Source: Candidatus Hydrogenedentota bacterium
Lineage (GTDB): Bacteria; Hydrogenedentota; Hydrogenedentia; Hydrogenedentales; SLHB01
Length of the DNA stretch: 64,000 nt
Direction of reading: 5' to 3'
Assembly: GCA_963674865.2 (NCBI GenBank)
Contig: CAXXYE010000009.1
Coordinates: 576,001 to 640,000 of the forward strand
The notes under the pieces are model-generated. The model did no database searches. It saw only the letters and a list, made by a program, of their open reading frames with translations, and was not told the DNA's origin. The position numbers and the translations under genes are program-made. Positions 1 through 9,149 of the stretch are shown in pieces; the first letter of the stretch is position 1, and the number at the start of each line of letters is the position of its first letter.

Positions 1-23
1 GGCCACGTCCACGGATCGATCAT

Positions 24-52
24 TTGACAACGACGAGAGCGCTTCCTATAAT
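24..52 (+). promoter_or_regulatory. sigma70-type promoter for guaBA
   Basis: Exact TTGACA (24-29), 17-bp spacer, TATAAT (47-52), about 110 nt upstream of guaB. Confidence 0.85.
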
Positions 53-160
53 CCGATCCCTTAAACGGCGGGCTGCCCTTGTGCGTGACGTGGCGGGGGC
101 TTTTCTATCCCGTGCCCGAGGCGCCGGGGGTGATTCAACCCAGACTGGAGGAAAGCACGG

Positions 161-1672
161 GTGGCGATCTTTTTCAATGAGCCGTCCCGAACGTTCAGCG
201 AATATCTGCTCATTCCGAACAGGACGGACAAGACGTGTGTTCCGCAAAACGTCGATCTAAGCACACCCCTTGTCAAATTCGTTGCCGGTGAAGACCCGGC
301 ACCCCTACGCATTAAGATCCCCCTGACTTCCGCGATCATGCAAGCCGTGTCCAACGACGCCCTGGCCATCGCCCTGGCGCGTTCCGGCGGACTCTCGTTT
401 ATCTACGGTTCCCAATCTATTGAGAGCCAGGCCGAAATGGTACACCGCGTCAAGCGGTTCAAGGCGGGTTTTGTCGAGAGCAAGGCCAACCTGGGGCCGA
501 ATCAGACGCTGCGCGATGTAATTGCCACTATCAACCGGACGGGCTATTCGACGCTTCCCGTCACCGAAGACGGCACCGCCCACGGTAAGCTCCTCGGCAT
601 TCTCACAGGACGGGATTTTCGGCCTCATAGGGCCGATCCGGACACCCCCGTGAGCGCCGTTATGACCCCCTTCTCGAAGCTTGTCTACGCTGAGGAAGGC
701 GCGACGCTCAGCGAAGCAAACGAGATGATCTGGAATCACAAGCTGAATTGCCTGCCCGTCATCGACAACCAGCAGCGTCTGGTTCACCTCGTCTTCCGCA
801 AGGATTACGACGAACACAAGCAAAACCCCTACGAGAGCGTGGATGCTCACAAGCGCCTGATGGTAGGCGCGGGCATCAATACCCGCGATCACGCCGAACG
901 GGTGCCCGCGCTGCTCGACGCCGGCGCCGATGTGCTGTGCGTGGACTCCTCCGACGGCTACACCGAATGGCAGTTCGAGGCGATCCGGTACATCAAGAAG
1001 ACTTTCGGCGACGAAGCCAAGGTCGGCGGCGGCAATGTGGTTGAAGCAGAGGGATTCCGCTATCTGGTCGAGGCCGGGGCGGATTTCGTCAAGGTCGGCA
1101 TCGGGCCGGGCTCCATCTGCATCACGCGTGAGCAGAAAGGCATTGGACGGGGGCAGGCGACGGCGGTTATCGAGGTCGCCAAGGCCCGCGACGCCTATTT
1201 CAAGGAAACGGGCATATACGTACCCATCTGCTCGGATGGCGGCATCCTGCACGACTACCACATCGTGCTCGCCCTGGCCATGGGGGCCGACTTCGTCATG
1301 CTCGGCCGCTATTTCGCCCGGTTCGACGAAAGCCCCGGCAGGAAGCTCTGGGTGCGGGGCAGTTTCATGAAGGAATACTGGGGTGAGGGTTCGGAGCGCG
1401 CCCGGAACTGGCAGCGCTACGATGTCGGCGGCGAGCAGAACCTCTCCTTCGAGGAAGGCGTCGACGCCTACGTGCCCTACGCCGGCCGGCTCAATGACAA
1501 TGTGGCCGGCTCGGTCTACAAAATGAAGTCCACCATGTGCAACTGCGGCGCCCTGACGATCCCCGATCTGCAAGAGACCGCCCGGCTGACCCTGGTATCA
1601 TCGACCAGCATCCGCGAAGGCGCCGCCCACGACGTCGTCCGCAAGGACACGGACATGACGGCCGAGCCGTAA
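161..1672 (+). CDS. guaB: IMP dehydrogenase with CBS pair
   Basis: Catalytic loop [31 protein letters not shown] start after GGAGG; adjacent to guaA. Confidence 0.97.
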   Translation: MAIFFNEPSRTFSEYLLIPNRTDKTCVPQNVDLSTPLVKFVAGEDPAPLRIKIPLTSAIMQAVSNDALAIALARSGGLSFIYGSQSIESQAEMVHRVKRFKAGFVESKANLGPNQTLRDVIATINRTGYSTLPVTEDGTAHGKLLGILTGRDFRPHRADPDTPVSAVMTPFSKLVYAEEGATLSEANEMIWNHKLNCLPVIDNQQRLVHLVFRKDYDEHKQNPYESVDAHKRLMVGAGINTRDHAERVPALLDAGADVLCVDSSDGYTEWQFEAIRYIKKTFGDEAKVGGGNVVEAEGFRYLVEAGADFVKVGIGPGSICITREQKGIGRGQATAVIEVAKARDAYFKETGIYVPICSDGGILHDYHIVLALAMGADFVMLGRYFARFDESPGRKLWVRGSFMKEYWGEGSERARNWQRYDVGGEQNLSFEEGVDAYVPYAGRLNDNVAGSVYKMKSTMCNCGALTIPDLQETARLTLVSSTSIREGAAHDVVRKDTDMTAEP

Positions 1673-1698
1673 GGGGCCGCTTTGAGAAGGTGAATTGC

Positions 1699-3246
1699 AT
1701 GCAACCCTCCAGCCGACCCATCATCGTCCTCGACTTCGGCGCCCAATACAGCAAGCTCATCGCCCGGCGCGTGCGCGAAGCCAACGTTTTTAGCCTGATC
1801 CTGCCCTTCAACACCCCCGTTGAGGAGATCAAGGCGCACCGGCCGGCGGGACTCATCTTCAGCGGCGGCCCATCGAGTGTTCACGCCCCAGGGGCGCCTC
1901 TGCCCGATCCCGCTGTCTTCGACTTGGGCCTTCCCATACTTGGGATCTGCTATGGAGTTCAGCTCTTCGCCCACATGCTCGGCGGGAAGGTCGAGCGCTC
2001 CGACAAACGCGAGTACGGAATCGCCCATCTCGAACATGACGACGATACCGGCTTCCTCGACGGCATGGATGCACGGACGCAAGTGTGGATGAGCCACGGC
2101 GACGCCGTCTCTGCGCTGCCCGAAGGATTCAATGTCATCGGCAAGACGGAGAACTGCCCTTACGCCGCCATTGCCAAGCCCGGCGACGGATTGTACGGCG
2201 TCCAGTTTCACCCGGAGGTCGTTCACACGCCGCAGGGCGCGCGCGTTCTGGGCAACTTCGTTCACACGATCTGCGGCTGTGCCTCGGACTGGGACATGGG
2301 ATCCTTCGTAGACATGGCCATCAGGGATATTCAGGAGCGCGTGGGCGAGCGGCGCGTTGTCTGCGCCCTCAGCGGGGGCGTCGATTCAAGCGTCGCGGCG
2401 GTCCTCATCCAGCGCGCCATCGAGGATAGGCTTACCTGCGTCTTCGTCAACAACGGACTCCTCCGCAAAGGTGAGCCGGAAATGGTGCAGCAGGTGTTCC
2501 GCGACAACTTCCATATGGATCTGCGCTATGTGGATGCCGAACAGCGCTTCCTGGACGCCTTGGCGGATGTCACGGATCCCGAAGAGAAGCGCAAGCGCAT
2601 CGGCGCGCTTTTCATCGAAGTCTTCGAGGAAGAAGCCGACCGCCTCGGCCATATGGATTTCCTCGCCCAAGGCACGCTGTATCCCGATGTTATCGAGAGT
2701 ACATCGGCAACCGGCGGGCCGTCTGCCACCATCAAGAGCCACCACAATGTGGGCGGCTTGCCTGAGCACATGCAGCTCGAACTGCTCGAGCCGCTTCGGG
2801 AACTGTTCAAGGATGAAGTCCGTGCCCTCGGCCGCGAACTAGGTTTGCCCGACGATGTCGTCAACCGCCATCCGTTTCCCGGGCCCGGGCTCGGCGTGCG
2901 GTGTATCGGCGCCGTTACGAAGGAGCGGCTGGATACCTTACGCGAGGCCGACGCCATCTTCATTGAAGAGATCCGCCAAGCCGGCCTATACGACCACATC
3001 TGGCAGGCCCTGGCTTGCCTATTGCCCGTGCGTAGCGTCGGCGTCCAGGGCGACGAGCGCACCTACGAGGAGGTCTGTTCCTTGCGCGCCGTCACCAGCG
3101 AGGACGCCATGACGGCCGATTGGTTCCGCTTCCCACCGGACGTATTGCAGCGCTCGGCCAATCGCATCTGCAACGAAATCAAACACATCAACCGCGTCCT
3201 CTACGACATCACTTCCAAGCCCCCCGGCACCATCGAGTGGGAATAG
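1699..3246 (+). CDS. guaA: GMP synthase (glutamine-hydrolysing)
   Basis: [36 protein letters not shown]-terminal KPPGTIEWE; start moved to ATG 1699. Confidence 0.98.
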   Translation: MQPSSRPIIVLDFGAQYSKLIARRVREANVFSLILPFNTPVEEIKAHRPAGLIFSGGPSSVHAPGAPLPDPAVFDLGLPILGICYGVQLFAHMLGGKVERSDKREYGIAHLEHDDDTGFLDGMDARTQVWMSHGDAVSALPEGFNVIGKTENCPYAAIAKPGDGLYGVQFHPEVVHTPQGARVLGNFVHTICGCASDWDMGSFVDMAIRDIQERVGERRVVCALSGGVDSSVAAVLIQRAIEDRLTCVFVNNGLLRKGEPEMVQQVFRDNFHMDLRYVDAEQRFLDALADVTDPEEKRKRIGALFIEVFEEEADRLGHMDFLAQGTLYPDVIESTSATGGPSATIKSHHNVGGLPEHMQLELLEPLRELFKDEVRALGRELGLPDDVVNRHPFPGPGLGVRCIGAVTKERLDTLREADAIFIEEIRQAGLYDHIWQALACLLPVRSVGVQGDERTYEEVCSLRAVTSEDAMTADWFRFPPDVLQRSANRICNEIKHINRVLYDITSKPPGTIEWE

Positions 3247-3285
3247 AGCGAAGAGCGACCTCGAGTCCCGTCCCCTGCCCCCCCG

Positions 3286-3325
3286 AAAAATCACAGAGCC
3301 CGGCACCTCATGGCGCCGGGCCCTG
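3286..3325. terminator. probable bidirectional intrinsic terminator
   Basis: Stem CAGAGCCCGGCACC / GGCGCCGGGCCCTG; on the minus strand it is followed by TGATTTTT. Confidence 0.65.
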
Positions 3326-3359
3326 CGTTATCGTTTGGCTAGTACTCGCGTGTTACCCG

Positions 3360-3485
3360 CTACGGCCGGCAAGTCCTCCGTCGTTTGATCCTTTCCATTG
3401 TGGTCGGATCCATCGACGCGGTGCGAGTCACGGCGCAGCAGCTCACACGCTGCCTACTAGCGCCGGGTGTTCCCGGACTTTCCAT
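3360..3485 (-). CDS. putative 41-aa small protein (MESPGTPGASRQRVSCCAVTRTASMDPTTMERIKRRRTCRP) or ORF within a structured sRNA
   Basis: ATG just downstream of GAAAGGAGGTGGTCC, lying between a promoter and a terminator; below the ORF-track size cut-off. Confidence 0.4.
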   Translation of the reverse strand: MESPGTPGASRQRVSCCAVTRTASMDPTTMERIKRRRTCRP

Positions 3486-3575
3486 CGACGGACCACCTCC
3501 TTTCCGCCTCACCCGAAGTATCCCGCCGGCTCCCCACGAGCCGCTTCGCCAACAGCGAGGACTTTCTCTATTTGT

Positions 3576-3604
3576 AAGTTACTATGAAATTCTCAGAATT
3601 GCAA
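3576..3604 (-). promoter_or_regulatory. putative sigma70 promoter for the small transcript
   Basis: Minus strand TTGCAA-17 bp-TAACTT in an AT-rich patch. Confidence 0.5.
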
Positions 3605-3629
3605 AACGAAATTGAGGATCGCCGCACCG

Positions 3630-5921
3630 TTATGCGCGGGCGGCAGGCACGAATTCGACGGCCCGGCTCTCTGTCTGCCAGAAGGCCTTCTCCACGAAGC
3701 TCGCGATAGTCCCCCGGGACATCTCCCCCTCCGGTACGGCGATGCGCGTGAACGCGCCTCCCTCGACAAGGGCATGCAGCCGGCCTTCGATACGCACCCG
3801 CTCCATCGCGCTGATACCGCTGTCCAGCCTGAGTCGAATGCCCCCCGTGTAGTGGACCTCCTGTTCCCTGGCGTCGCTTTTGACTACGTTCCCGGCTTCA
3901 TGTGGATGCTGTTGGAGATCAAGTGTCGCCAGCCTCCGGAGGACATGGGAATCATCGGTTTCTGCAACGGCAAACGCCGTGCCCTCCCGCTCGGAACACT
4001 TTTGGCAAGCGGCCTGGACACAAGCCATCACCCGCCCGCCGAGAGCCAGCGCGTCTTCGGAAACGTGCATTTCCCGCCCGGTGATGCTCTGAACACATTC
4101 GTTGAGGCCGCAGAAAGCCACCAAGTAGCGGGCTTCCCCCAGGCGCACAAAGGGCATCCCCTCACGCTCAGTGGCTAAGACGGCCAACGGGCCGATGTCG
4201 CGCAGCCCGAACAGGCGGCGGATAAAGGACTCCTTCTCGCTGTGGGCGCGCACAGCCAAAGCTACCAGGCGTTCCAGCGCCGTTAACAAAGCCTCCTCAT
4301 TCGCGGCGCTGTAAGCCAGCCGCGCCAGGTTGACGGTAACGCGATGGGCCGTGACGGGCGCGGGGCGCCAGTCCCGGGGCCCCGAGTCGCCCTCGCCTTG
4401 GCGTGCCAAGACGAAGCGAATGCCGCAGCCGTGGCAAATGGCTTCCGCCACGCGCGAGAGGAATCCCCGCGAGCCCGGCGAACGCAGAAAGGCCTCGGAG
4501 ATAGGCACAACGGGCAAGGCCCTGCCCGAGGGAAGGCCATCCGCCGCATGCCGCGCGCATAAGTCGATCACGGCCTGAGCGATCTGCTGCGATGCGTGCT
4601 CGAAGGATCCGTAATCCCTCCCCACGCCTTCACCGCGTGGCCCGATGGCCTCCCGCCGCGTCAGGTACTCCGGCGTCGTCCACGGAAGGATGATGGCAGG
4701 CGGCTCCGGGCCAATGCCGCAGCCGCCGGCGGGCCGCGCACAGGCGTCTACCAGGTGCTGCGCCGCGTCTTGCACAGCCTCCGGCGCGCTGCCCTTAACA
4801 AAAGGCGCCACATGGAGATTCGGCGCGTCCCACACCACGCCGCGCGAGAAATGCCGGGACAGCAAGGCAGCCAACTTGCCCATCTGCCCGAGAAGTCCGT
4901 TGATATCGCTGGGCGGATTGCTGACGCCCCGCGCGCCAAAGGAGGACAATCCGAACCGGGTAAGGCACTCGGGACTCAAGACTGCCTGCTCGAGACAATC
5001 CACGAGGCCGAGGTCGTGCAAGTGGAGATCCCCCCGCAGGTGCGCGTCCGCAACCTCCTGCGAAAACACCTGCGTGAGGGCAAATTCCTTTTTGACGCGC
5101 TCCGCGAGAATACGATTCGTCCCGGCGGGATCGTACATCGAGTCGGACGCATCGCGATTGGGCGTGCAGATCAGCGATTCCGCGTCGTACAGCGGCACGC
5201 CAAGCCGCATGTGGCGGCGGCGGTACTCTTCGAGGCCTCGCTCCACCAGCTTGGCATCCACGAGTTCCCGAACAAGCGGCGCCGTCAAGCTCTTCACGCC
5301 CGCCGCCCGAATCTGCTCCTCAACCTCCTCGGCGATGCGCTCCGCCGCCTCCGCCTCAAGGCCCGTCTCCGTGATCAGGGCTGATACTATGCGTTGGCGA
5401 TCCCATTCCGCGAGTGTTTCGTGACTTGTGCGCACAAGCGCCGGGCCGCCCCCCAACGCGTCGAGGGCTTCCCGCTCCCACGGCCCGCCATTCGCGTCCG
5501 TTAGGAAAGCGCGCGTGTCCCCCGCCCGGAGGCGGCGCATGCGCGAACGCTTATCCCGGTAGCGCGCATACGCCAGAGCGGTCTTCGCGTGTCCCATTTC
5601 GATGAGGACGTTCTCGACTGCGTCGCTCACCTGCTCGACGGTGGGCGCGTCGCCCCCAAACGTCTTGGCCAGGTAGATGGCCACGCCTGAGGCAAGTCCC
5701 TCCGCCCTGTCGTGATCCTCGCCGCCGATGGCCTGCGCGGCCCGGAAGATCGTGCCCGCAATCTTCCCCACCTCGAAGGGCACGCGCCGGCCATCGCGCT
5801 TGACGACGGTGCGCACCGGCTGAGGCGCCGCGGCCCAAGGCAGGGAAAGCTGGAAATCGAAAACGCCTTCCCGTGCCGCGCCGGCAAGATCGTCATGTCG
5901 GTGCTCTTCTGGGGGCGTCAT
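3630..5921 (-). CDS. class III (anaerobic) ribonucleotide reductase NrdD-like protein with two ATP cones, apparently catalytically degenerate
   Basis: ATP cones (VVKRDGRRVPF..KI; RTS..WDRQRIVSALITETGL), RLGVPLYD, AHLRGDLHLHDLG, VNLARLA, GLNECV; no CxxC-CxxC or RxxGY at the C-terminus; AGGAGG SD. Confidence 0.85.
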   Translation of the reverse strand: MTPPEEHRHDDLAGAAREGVFDFQLSLPWAAAPQPVRTVVKRDGRRVPFEVGKIAGTIFRAAQAIGGEDHDRAEGLASGVAIYLAKTFGGDAPTVEQVSDAVENVLIEMGHAKTALAYARYRDKRSRMRRLRAGDTRAFLTDANGGPWEREALDALGGGPALVRTSHETLAEWDRQRIVSALITETGLEAEAAERIAEEVEEQIRAAGVKSLTAPLVRELVDAKLVERGLEEYRRRHMRLGVPLYDAESLICTPNRDASDSMYDPAGTNRILAERVKKEFALTQVFSQEVADAHLRGDLHLHDLGLVDCLEQAVLSPECLTRFGLSSFGARGVSNPPSDINGLLGQMGKLAALLSRHFSRGVVWDAPNLHVAPFVKGSAPEAVQDAAQHLVDACARPAGGCGIGPEPPAIILPWTTPEYLTRREAIGPRGEGVGRDYGSFEHASQQIAQAVIDLCARHAADGLPSGRALPVVPISEAFLRSPGSRGFLSRVAEAICHGCGIRFVLARQGEGDSGPRDWRPAPVTAHRVTVNLARLAYSAANEEALLTALERLVALAVRAHSEKESFIRRLFGLRDIGPLAVLATEREGMPFVRLGEARYLVAFCGLNECVQSITGREMHVSEDALALGGRVMACVQAACQKCSEREGTAFAVAETDDSHVLRRLATLDLQQHPHEAGNVVKSDAREQEVHYTGGIRLRLDSGISAMERVRIEGRLHALVEGGAFTRIAVPEGEMSRGTIASFVEKAFWQTESRAVEFVPAARA

Positions 5922-6227
5922 GCCCTGTAGTCCCTCCTAGAAAAGAGCGGGCACAACCACGGTGAATCACGGAAATACCGTGATTTTGCAGGTTGCCTCC
6001 GCATGAACGCAGGTTCGCAGCCTCCGCCGGGCCGCATCGCCGGGGACGGCCCATTGCGGACACGCCCGCAGTCTATCCAAGCGTACTGGCGCAAGACAAG
6101 TCCCAAATGCGAATATGTTCCTGGTAGACGACTGCGAAATGGGCGATTTGCCGATTGTGTTTACCCACATGGGGGCTGGCCGTGGCGGCAACCGGAGCCG
6201 AGACGACCAGCAAGAGGAGGGGATGCG

Positions 6228-6899
6228 ATGTCAAAGAGTACGCTGTGGTTGGCCTTCGTGGTGATGGCGATGGCGGGCTGCGTTTCCAGCAACAGGTATG
6301 GCTCGGCGACGAAGGAACCGGCACGCCCGGCCGCGATCCGGCTTTTCAATGGCGAGGACTTCACCGGGTGGAAGCTGTTCCTACCTGACGAGCAGGCCGC
6401 TCCCGAGGCCACGTGGGCCGTACGCGACCACGCCATCTGCTGCACCGGCACGCCGACGGGCTATCTTCGGACGCTCAGGCCCTACGCCGACTATCGGCTT
6501 CGCTTCGAGTGGCGTTGGCCCTCCGGGAAGGGAGGCAACAGCGGCGTCCTGCTTCATATCCAGGCCCCTGACAAAGTCTGGCCGAAAAGCATCGAATCCC
6601 AGTTGCAGCACGAAAACGGCGGCGATTTCTACGTCATTGGAGGAACGACCTTCAAGGAGCACGTCAACAAAGAGGAACGCCGCGTGGCGAAACGGCACAC
6701 CTCGAACGAGAAGCCCCTTGGCGAGTGGAACACGAAGGAGATTGTGTGCCAAGGAGACAGCATCACCGTCTACGTGAACGGCCGCCTTCAGAACCAGGCC
6801 ACCGAGGCTACCGTCTCCGAGGGATACATCGGATTCCAGAGCGAGGGCACCCCCATCGAGTTCCGCAACATCACCCTCGAACTTCTGCCGGCGTCATAG
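6228..6899 (+). CDS. DUF1080 (3-keto-disaccharide hydrolase-like) lipoprotein
   Basis: Lipobox MAGC, LFNGEDFTGW, GNSGV, GEWN, GYIGFQSEG..IEFRNI; GAGGAGG SD. Confidence 0.9.
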   Translation: MSKSTLWLAFVVMAMAGCVSSNRYGSATKEPARPAAIRLFNGEDFTGWKLFLPDEQAAPEATWAVRDHAICCTGTPTGYLRTLRPYADYRLRFEWRWPSGKGGNSGVLLHIQAPDKVWPKSIESQLQHENGGDFYVIGGTTFKEHVNKEERRVAKRHTSNEKPLGEWNTKEIVCQGDSITVYVNGRLQNQATEATVSEGYIGFQSEGTPIEFRNITLELLPAS

Positions 6900-7037
6900 C
6901 ATCGAGCAGGTTGCCCGAGGCGCGCCCATGGATGCCTGAACCACCTTGCCCCCGGACGTCGTCCGGGCCTTGCGGCTCCCGGCCTTACGGCGTATTATCG
7001 AAGGAGTCTTCCCCGACAAAGGAGCGAGCGTGACACT

Positions 7038-8248
7038 ATGATCCGCAATCGCATACCGGGATGCATCCTCCTTCTAGCCGGCCTTGCCGCTCTTCTCAAC
7101 GGCTGCACAACAGTGGCCATAACGGCCGCGCTTCTGCCGGCATACGCGATAACGGTGCCGCTGGCACCGTTTGCGGCCGCCAGAGCGATAACTGCGGAGC
7201 GTGACGGCCCACAAGCGCATGCTTCATGCCGGACGGCAAGAGCATTTTGGCCGTATATCGCCAGTGGCCTTATCAACACCTCTACATCGTGTCTGAGAAT
7301 GGACAGTCTTGTCGGCAATTGACTCACGGCAAGCGCTTCGACTTCGACCCCGTGATCTCTCCGGATGGCTCCATGATTGCCTTCTGCTCAAGCGCCGGAC
7401 TTCGCCCGCATTGCAGGGCTAGGGCCAACATTTGTCTGATCAACGTGGACGGCGACGGACTCCGGCAGATCAAGACAGCAGACGCCCAGAGCGACGTGAT
7501 GCCGGAGTTTTCCCACGATGGCGCCGAGATCGTGTTTGCCTCCTCCAGAGATGGCCACTCGTCGCACATCTTCGCCGTGAATGTCGACGGAACCGGCTTG
7601 AGGCAACTTACCTCTCAGGAGGACTGCCTTGATGCTTTCCCGCGGTTTCTGCTGGGAGATGAGCGCGTTGTCTTCGCCCGCGCCACGTGGTTTGGCCATT
7701 GCTCCCCTATCGCCGCCTCTGAATGGCACAATTTCGATTTCTTTGCCGTCCCTCGCTATGGCGGCCCACCCAGCCAACTGTCCAGCTTCAACGCGTACCG
7801 CATGTCCAACGTGACGTGGTCGCCCAACGAAGACTATGTCGTGTGCGGCGGAACGCTGGTTGTCGCCGAGGACGATGGACACCTTCTCGCGGAAACCGAG
7901 ACAGATGCTACCGAGAGCGTCGGCCCGCTGAAGTCGCCCAGCTTCTCTCCCGACGGCACAGCCATTCTCTTCGCCATGGAGGAGTCCTGCGAGTCCGGCC
8001 GCTCGTGGTACGAGCTGCACATCATGGACATCGAGACGCGCCATGCGCGACAGATTACGGCGTTCAGAGATTTCTTCGACGCACGGGATGTCCTAATCGA
8101 TAGTGCCCGGTTCGCGCCGGATGGTACGCGAATCATCTTCCGCATGATCCCGAATCCGGACAGTCAGCGGGAAGAATCCCAGTTATGGATCGTAGATGCC
8201 GATGGGACAAATCCACGCCGCATCGAGATCGTATCTCGCGGCGCGTAA
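7038..8248 (+). pseudogene. TolB/PD40 beta-propeller lipoprotein split by a 1-nt frameshift near 7205-7225
   Basis: Signal peptide with LNGC lipobox in ORF 7038; PD40 repeats (SPDGSMIAF, SHDGAEIVF, SPDGTAILF) in ORF 7226; one extra C at 7208-7210 would fuse them. Confidence 0.7.
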
Positions 8249-8377
8249 TCCGGGAAGCAGGTAAGTCTACTGCGGACAGAAGAGGAAGAACGAAGTCGGC
8301 CGAAGTGGACATACGCGAAGGACAAGTGAATTCGAAAGCTCACGGCGAATGAGTCTAACTGGAGAGAACACGCTGGG

Positions 8378-9076
8378 ATGAAGAAATGTGCATCAAGGTC
8401 ATATGGATGGAACGGCTACACCTATGTGGCAGGCAACGCGCCCACGGATCTTCTGGAGATGCTCAGGCATATTGCCGATTTCTGGAACGAGGGCGCTCCC
8501 GGATGGGCGCCGGAGAAAGCCACGGAGTCACTCCAGAGGACGGACTTCCTCCGTATGGTGCAGTTGGCGGAGGAAATCCCGACGTGGTTTGCCGACGACA
8601 GTCCAAGCAAAGGACAACAGTTGCTCGCCTGGGTGACGCTTGGGACGCTAGCAGAGAGCATCCTCCGGTGGTTTCTCTCAATCTATGAACGTGATTACAG
8701 ACGTGCTCCGCTGTTTTGTGTGAGCAGCGAGATCCCACCAGAGGGCGTCTTCTTTCATAGGCTGATAGACTATTTCGACGAATATATCTGGGCCGAGGAA
8801 GATCGTTCTGCCAAGTGCACTGCCGGCCACGCCAAGAGCGAGATGACAGGCCTACTCCACACTATCCGCGAGCAAAGAAATGCTATCCACTGCGGCAAGA
8901 CTAGATTGGCGTCTTGGGAGAAGTGGCGGGCCTGTGTGGAGAAGTTCTTGGTGCTAGTGTGCGAACTGGAAGGCCGTGTTCCATATCCCGACGATCATGT
9001 CGCGTTCCCTGCATCCGTCTCAAAGATCTGCGGGCACTATTGGGCAAAGTCCATGAGAATCGCAAGATCTCGATAA
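8378..9076 (+). CDS. hypothetical protein with possible HEPN-like RNase motif
   Basis: 232-aa helical-looking ORF, visibly lower GC, REQRNAIH motif, GGAGAG upstream. Confidence 0.65.
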   Translation: MKKCASRSYGWNGYTYVAGNAPTDLLEMLRHIADFWNEGAPGWAPEKATESLQRTDFLRMVQLAEEIPTWFADDSPSKGQQLLAWVTLGTLAESILRWFLSIYERDYRRAPLFCVSSEIPPEGVFFHRLIDYFDEYIWAEEDRSAKCTAGHAKSEMTGLLHTIREQRNAIHCGKTRLASWEKWRACVEKFLVLVCELEGRVPYPDDHVAFPASVSKICGHYWAKSMRIARSR

Positions 9077-9149
9077 GAAGGGTGATGAAAAGAGTTAGTT
9101 CGCAAGCCGCTCAGGACATGCCTCATCGCCCACATCTCTGAGAGAGATT

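Noticed and set aside
3470..3490. RNase P RNA (minus strand GGAAAGTCCGGG)
   Set aside because: The matching 3' P4 strand (ACAGAA..CGGCTTA) is absent and the region is too short.
3490..3504. 16S rRNA 3' end
   Set aside because: Only 15 nt match; no rRNA sequence upstream.
3500..3660. Frameshifted remnant of the NrdD Zn ribbon/Gly-radical domain (alternate frames give ..FCNSENF.. and ..AGYF..)
   Set aside because: No CxxC pairs and no RxxGY; the fragments are in different frames with wrong spacing and overlap a promoter-like AT patch. Treated as coincidence, though very old decay cannot be excluded.
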